In this document: piece after piece, positions 58,439 through 64,000 of the stretch | How the letters are laid out: every line of letters starts with the position of its first letter | How positions within the stretch are numbered: position 1 is the stretch's first letter | Source: an uncultured delta proteobacterium | GTDB lineage: Bacteria > Desulfobacterota > Desulfomonilia > UBA1062 | DNA length: 64,000 bases | Direction: 5' to 3' | NCBI GenBank assembly: GCA_963785235.1 | Contig: CAWAUM010000010.1 | Location: 214,521-278,520, forward strand | The notes under the pieces: generated by a model | Databases searched by the model: none | The model's input: the letters and a program-made list of their open reading frames with translations, nothing else | Told to the model about the DNA's origin: nothing | Program-made: the position numbers and the translations under genes

Positions 58439-60622
58439 TTACAGCAACGGTGAATCGATTAATTGCGTCCACATCTTTCGATTGAGTGTCTGCGGTCGTC
58501 GAGCGGTTACGACAATTCCGAGCCCAGCAGCCATGCCGATTAGAAGCGAAGTCGGTTCCGGAAGTCGCCGAAGCCGCTTTGGGCTGAATGACTCCGAGGC
58601 CATATTGCCGTTGCCACAATAAAAAATCGCTGCCATCGACGTCGAGGTCGTGATCTGCGTCACCCTGTCGATGATCTGCATTATTTGCCGTGCCGAAGTG
58701 ATCGCGCAGAGCGATAGGTCGTCATCGTCGACGTCGCCATCTTCGTCAAAATCGGCGGCGATAAAGTCGTGCGCGAAGTTCGACAGGACGATTTGATTCG
58801 GATCGAACAGACTGCCAGGCCCGTAGTGACTTGAAAAGAGTCCATGCCATTGGGCATTGTAAGTCGCTGGCCATTAAGAACGTTGCTAAAGGAGCCGGTA
58901 ATGCTGTTGAGGCTGTCGAGAATCGTGAAGGACTGATCCGCGGTCGGCATGAAGTTATTGATCAGCGACAACTGCAGTTCCCCGGCGAACGTCGCGGCCC
59001 CTTCGACGTAAACGAAGTCGTACTCTCCTTCGCGGGTAACGCCGCCGATTTCGATCTCTATCGCCGCAGCCGCTTGCTGCGTGTCGTGGCCGTCGATCGT
59101 CGTTCTGCCCGCGACGACTCCCGGGCCAGCCAAGACGCCGGGAGACAGAACGCCCCCCTGGTTCACGACGCTGCCGTAGATGAAATTGGCGTGGAGCTTT
59201 CCGGAAATCCAATCGAAATTACCTTCAAATCGTTGCGAGGCAAGATCGCGAGAACCAATCGACCCAGTAGCAAGCGTGCCGCCGTTTAGCCGCAACGTCC
59301 CGCTGGAATCAAGATCGACGTCGAGCGGGACGAAGACGACGCCGCCAGTATTAATCGTCACTGTTCCGGGAGCGACGCCGAAACCTGATTCCACATAGCC
59401 GATTTCTAGCGAGCCGCCCAGAACGTCCCATCCCAATACTTGCCCCCAACGACGACTTCGCCGGAACCAGCGTCCAATCCCCCGACGCCAGCCACTCCCG
59501 GTGAAGAGATATCCGCCGTTGAGCACTGAAACACGCCCAGTGCCGGTGCTGCCAACGAACAGCGTGCCGCGCCGACCCAGTTCGAACCTGGATCGGTGAT
59601 GGTCACATCGCCGTGACCGCTGCCGCCGACCGTGTTGATGGTTGGCACTGAACCGTCTACTGTCCCGCCTCGAGAGATCGTCAGGCGCCCGCTACCGGCA
59701 TTGCCAACCTGGATGGCATTGCTGGAAAGCCACGAGGAACCGGCGCCGGTGACCTCCACATCTCCGCTGCTGCCAACAAAGACGCCGATAATGTTCGAAT
59801 TGCCTGCGTTACTGCTCGTGACGAGATCTCCTCCCTCTTTGACCGTGAACTTGCCGACCCCGTTTTCGCCGACCCAAAGTTGATTTCGATTGGTCCAAAT
59901 CGAGCCATTCCCGACGTTGACCTCGCCGACGCCGTCGGCGTACGCCCGGACTCGTGGTGCTGTTCGATCCACTGACGTTGACGCCGCTGCCGCTGCCGCC
60001 AGTGAGATTGACGACGCCTCGACCATGACTGCCGACGATGAACTGGCGTTGGCCGAACTCCGTTCCAGTGACGAAAAAGGAGCCGGTCGCGACGTTGAGC
60101 GTCCCCTCCGAGCCAGGTCCGTCGCCAATCGTGGCAGCCATCGTATTCACTCTGGCCAGAATGCTGCCGCGACTCCCGACGTGCCTGAGCGTCAGCGAAG
60201 AGCGGTCGCCGACGCTCAGGCCGATGATCACGCCGCGATTGACTTCCGCCTGCACTGTAGAGGTAATTGTGTACGTTGAGGTGGAGACGAAGTTCTGAGT
60301 TGTGCCGGTGAACGTGAGGTTGCTGTCGCGAACGCGCAGATGACTAGCGAAGTAGTCGCCCGGCGGTTCGAACGACGCGTCCCGGGAAGCGAACCGAGTA
60401 AGGATTGTCAAAGCCGATCTCGAAGGTGACGAAGTCGTTGGCGCCGGGAGCGGTGGCGGGGAACCAGTTCGAGGCGTTGCTGTAAGTCCCATCGCCGAGA
60501 GAGGCCCAGGTGTGGACCGCGGCGCTGGCTGTCATTCCGGCTGACGCTGCGAAACTCAAAACAAGTAGCATTAGCAATGAAGTCGTAACGCGACGACAAA
60601 CCATGGACGAAAAAGCAGCCAT
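58439..60622 (-). CDS. PEP-CTERM surface protein with T5SS/PEP-CTERM-associated repeats (frameshifted)
   Basis: Signal peptide; TW---GDGTYSNASNW; V-G-GS-W...VG--G-G-L-I--GG repeats; IEIGG...YD; dockerin-like repeat; PEPTSLLIGMAAGLG...RR. Confidence 0.82.
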
Positions 60623-60686
60623 CAAGAGATCCTTCACATGGAGAAGACGGGAGGTGGAGACTGCGAAGTAGAGCGTCGTCGACCGC

Positions 60687-60934
60687 TGCAACGTTACTCT
60701 TCCGCAGCGATGCATCCGCGAGTAATGCAACCTTGCATCCATTTCAATTGGTCAATCCTTAACCGTGGCTCATTCGATTCGCAGCATGCCCAATGACGAT
60801 AAAAGGAAGATCGCCACATGATGCAGATCGCGTTGAGTCATGAAACAACGCGACAAGTCTGCGGCACGTCGTACCATAGGCCGACGCCATCACCTTTTTG
60901 TCACCACGACCTACACGGCAAATGCAAAGTTGCA
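60687..60934. promoter_or_regulatory. Cluster of putative LacI operators upstream of the 60622 gene
   Basis: TGCAACGTTACT (60687-60698), ATGCAACCTTGCAT (60725-60738) and TGCAAAGTTGCA (60923-60934). Confidence 0.6.
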
Positions 60935-61078
60935 GCGATTCTTTCGATGCCCAGGACTGATTTCGCCCAACGACGTTGGCGTTCACGCGCGACGGTCACG
61001 GGGAAGTGCCGGCGGTTAAGTCACAATCGCTTTTTCGAAGCGAGGACTGCTGAGCTAGGCGGCGAACCCGTTGAAACG

Positions 61079-63249
61079 TCAACTTGAGCGGAGAATCAAC
61101 AACGACGGACGGTCGTAGTTGCCCGGCGCCGCTGCGAAATGGGGGCGTAGCCTAGCGCCGCGGGCTCTTCGATTTTCGCCCTTAGCGCCACGAGACCCTT
61201 TCGCCGCGGGATGCTTTTTCGGCGGCGCGTGCAGCCGCCGTCCCCGCACGCCGCGCCTTCGCGGCATTCTCCGCCTGCCCCGTCATCTCGTACAGAAACC
61301 GGCTCGGCACGGTTTCCCGCGGCTTGCCCCACTTCCGCCGCGTCAGCGCGAACGACAGCGTCAGCTTTTCCTGCGCCCGCGTCACGCCGACGTAGCAGAG
61401 CCGCCGCTCTTCGTCGATCTGCGAGTCGTCCGGCATTTCCAGCGTCCGCTTGTGGGGCAGAATCCCTTCCTCCATGCCCACCATGTAAACGTACGGAAAC
61501 TCCAGCCCCTTCGCCGAGTGGAGCGTCATCAGCGCGATGGCGTTCTCGCTGCAGTTGGTCTTCCTTGTCGTCGCGATTGTCGCTGCCGCCGAGCGCGACG
61601 TCGTCGAGGAAGCCGCGCAGCAGCGGCGAGCTCGGCGTCTTCGTCCTTCTTCGCCTTCGTCCCTTGTCGTGCGCGGCGCCGGCGTTGATCAGTTCTTCGA
61701 TCGACGCCGTGCGGGCTTCGCGCTCCATCGGATCGGGATAGAGCCGATCCAGTTCGCGGCGATACTGCACGCGATCGACCACGGCGTCGACCAGCTTGTC
61801 GACCGGCGCTCCGCGGTCGGCGATCTCTCGCAACTCGCCGATCAGCTCGACGAACTTGCCGATGGCCGTTGCCGCGTCGGCGCCGCCGCCGCCGCGCCGC
61901 CTCGCGCAGCACGTTCCACATCGGTTCGCCGCGGCTGACCGCTTCCGACAGCAACTGCTTCACCGTCGCGTTGCCGATGCCCCGCGGCGGCGTGTTGATG
62001 ATCCGCAGCAGCGACGTTTCGTCGGTCGGGTTTTCGATCGTTTTCAGGTAGGCCAGCAGGTCGCGGACTTCCTTGCGATCGAAGAACGACTGCCCGCCGA
62101 CCAGCATGTACGGCAGCTTCAGCCGTCGCAGCTCGGTCTCGAACGCCCGCGGCTGCTCGTTCGTGCGGCAGAGGATCGCAAAGTCGTTCGCCTGCACTCC
62201 CGGCTGCGTCAGCTGCATCTGGATGTCGCCGACAATCCGCTCCGCTTCTTGCGTTTCGTCCGGCAGCTGCATGATCGCCGGCCGCTGGCCCGCGCCGCGT
62301 GCCGGCCGCAAGACCTTGTCGTGCCGCTTCTTGTTGAACGCGATCAGCGTGTTGGCGTATTCCAGAATCGCCCCCGCCGAGCGGTAGTTCTCCTCCAGCC
62401 GCACGACCTTGGCGTCGGGCCAGTCTTCCTTGAACCGCAGAATGTGCTCGACCTCGGCGCCGCGCCAGCCGTAGATCGATTGATCGTCGTCGCCCACGAC
62501 GCACAAGTTGCGATGCCCCATCGCCAGCGCTTTGACGATGCGGTACTGGCTGCCGTTGGTGTCCTGGTACTCGTCGACCAGCACATGATCGAACCGCCCC
62601 GCCTCTTCGCGGCGAATCGCGGGGTGATTGACGAACAGTTCTTCGGTGCAGAGCAGCAGGTCGTCGAAGTCGACCATGCCGCGGGCCTTCAGGCTGCTCT
62701 GATAGCGCCGATAGCCGGCGGCGGCCAGATGCTCGCGATCGCTGGCCGCCGCCGACGCCGCTTGAGCGGGCCGCAGCGAGCGGTCTTCCAGCCGCTGATG
62801 ATCGCCAGCAAGTCGCCGGGCCGGAGCGAATCTTCCGGCACGCGAATCTCGCGCAGCACGCGCGCGGGCGAGCGACTCCTGGTCGCCGCGGTCGCAGATG
62901 GCAAACTGCGGCGGATACCCCAGCTTCACAATGTGCCGCCGCAGCACCTGCACGCAGAGGGCGTGAAACGTCGAAATCTGCGGCCGGACCTTCGGTTTCT
63001 TGGGCTTCCCTTTCCCCTTGCCGCCGGTACTGCCGAGAGCGCCATCGCCCGCTCCTGCATTTCGCCGGCCGCCTTGCGGGTGAACGTCACCGCGAGAATC
63101 CGATCGGGCTTGATGCGATGCCGGATGAGATTGGCGATGCGGTGCGTCACCACGCGCGTCTTGCCGGTCCCGGCGCCCGCCAGCACGAGCAACGGGCCGC
63201 TGAGCGTCTCGACGGCGGCGTGTTGGGCGGGATTCAGTCCGTGAGCCAT
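61079..63249 (-). CDS. UvrD/Rep/PcrA family ATP-dependent DNA helicase (frameshifted)
   Basis: [62 protein letters not shown] and [13 protein letters not shown] motifs. Confidence 0.94.
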
Positions 63250-63399
63250 CGGGCGTCCATGCAGGCGGGCGAGAAAACTAGGCGGGCGGCGGCACCGGCG
63301 TCGCTTCATCGCGGGCGCGACTCGTTAGTCTAGCCGCCGCCGCACGGGTGGAACAGGCGTCGCCGAGGGAGCCCCGGGGAACCGCGAGGTCAAAAGAAT

Positions 63400-63624
63400 A
63401 ACCGCCAAGGACGCCAAGACGCCAAGGAAATACGGGGAGATGTTAACCGCGAATCACGCGAATCGACGCGAATAGAAAGAATTGGACAATCTGTCGATAT
63501 TACGCAGAATTCGCGTGAATTCGCGGTTCCATAAAAGTCATCATGGATATCCGTCGTGCCCGTTGTGTCGTCGTGGTTCAATTCGCCCAGCATTTCCTTG
63601 GCACTCTTGGCGTCCTTGGCGGTT
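63400..63624. repeat. Nested inverted repeats built from ~9-bp tandem units
   Basis: Outer arms AACCGCCAAGGACGCCAAGACGCCAAGGAAAT / ATTTCCTTGGCACTCTTGGCGTCCTTGGCGGTT; inner arms AACCGCGAATCACGCGAAT / ATTCGCGTGAATTCGCGGTT; unpaired half CGTCGTGCCCGTTGTGTCGTCGTGGTT. Confidence 0.85.
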
Positions 63625-63844
63625 CAATCAAAATCGCTTGCCCGTACTCCTGGGTACGAGCCGCACATCGACGCTCCCCGAACTACCGCCCGACGCTAGC
63701 CTTGACGCAAGTCGTTTGATGGCCTTACACTTCGGGTTTGGAGGCGGCTTCTAGCGGCTGGCATTTCGCCCGGCAGGCACGTTCCGCGCCCTCGAGCTTC
63801 GCCCAACTGCCCACCGCCTACTGCCCACTCATTTCTCCATATTC

Positions 63845-64000
63845 ATGAATACCGAACGACGACACGAGCTCGAAAACAACGCCCTCGCCCACGGAATCAC
63901 CACCTGGAGCGAGAAGCTACGCCCCTATGTTTCGCTGATTTTGGCGGTGATCGCCGCGCTGCTCGTGATCTTCATCGTGACTTCGTTCTGGAACAAGTAT
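63845..64000 (+). CDS. Membrane-anchored protein (YfgM/TPR-like), N-terminal part
   Basis: MNTERRHELENNALA...LRPY + TM helix; runs off the window. Confidence 0.7.
   Translation, partial: MNTERRHELENNALAHGITTWSEKLRPYVSLILAVIAALLVIFIVTSFWNKY

Noticed and set aside
63400-63624. CRISPR array
   Set aside because: The repeats are short, inverted and nested, with no equal-length direct repeats, unique spacers or cas genes.

Overview
The window is two unrelated genomes joined end to end at about 20140/20141. Bases 1-20140 have moderate GC and few frameshifts. Gene content suggests a Desulfobacterota/deltaproteobacterial anaerobe (inferred): thrS, tRNA-Val(GAC), prfC, an acyl-CoA synthetase, a CdaA-YbbR diadenylate cyclase, a TetR-controlled four-gene TPP/SCP2 operon and a family of long palindromic repeats. 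Bases 20141-64000 are higher GC and riddled with 1-bp indels, as expected from an unpolished long-read assembly. They carry Planctomycetota (Pirellulales/Lacipirellula-like) markers: DUF1501, DUF1549/DUF1553-cytochrome c, DUF1559, a PVC-type heme protein and four dockerin-like PEP-CTERM proteins. The most interesting structure is a roughly 34-kb putative glycan-utilisation regulon. It contains two paralogous, convergent LacI genes, each followed by a PEP-CTERM gene, and a shared operator-like palindrome (T/C)GCAA-NN-TTGCA upstream of several transcription units. It also encodes Tat-exported oxidoreductase and TIM-barrel enzymes but no recognisable glycoside hydrolase or SusC/D. Coordinates of frameshifted genes are approximate.
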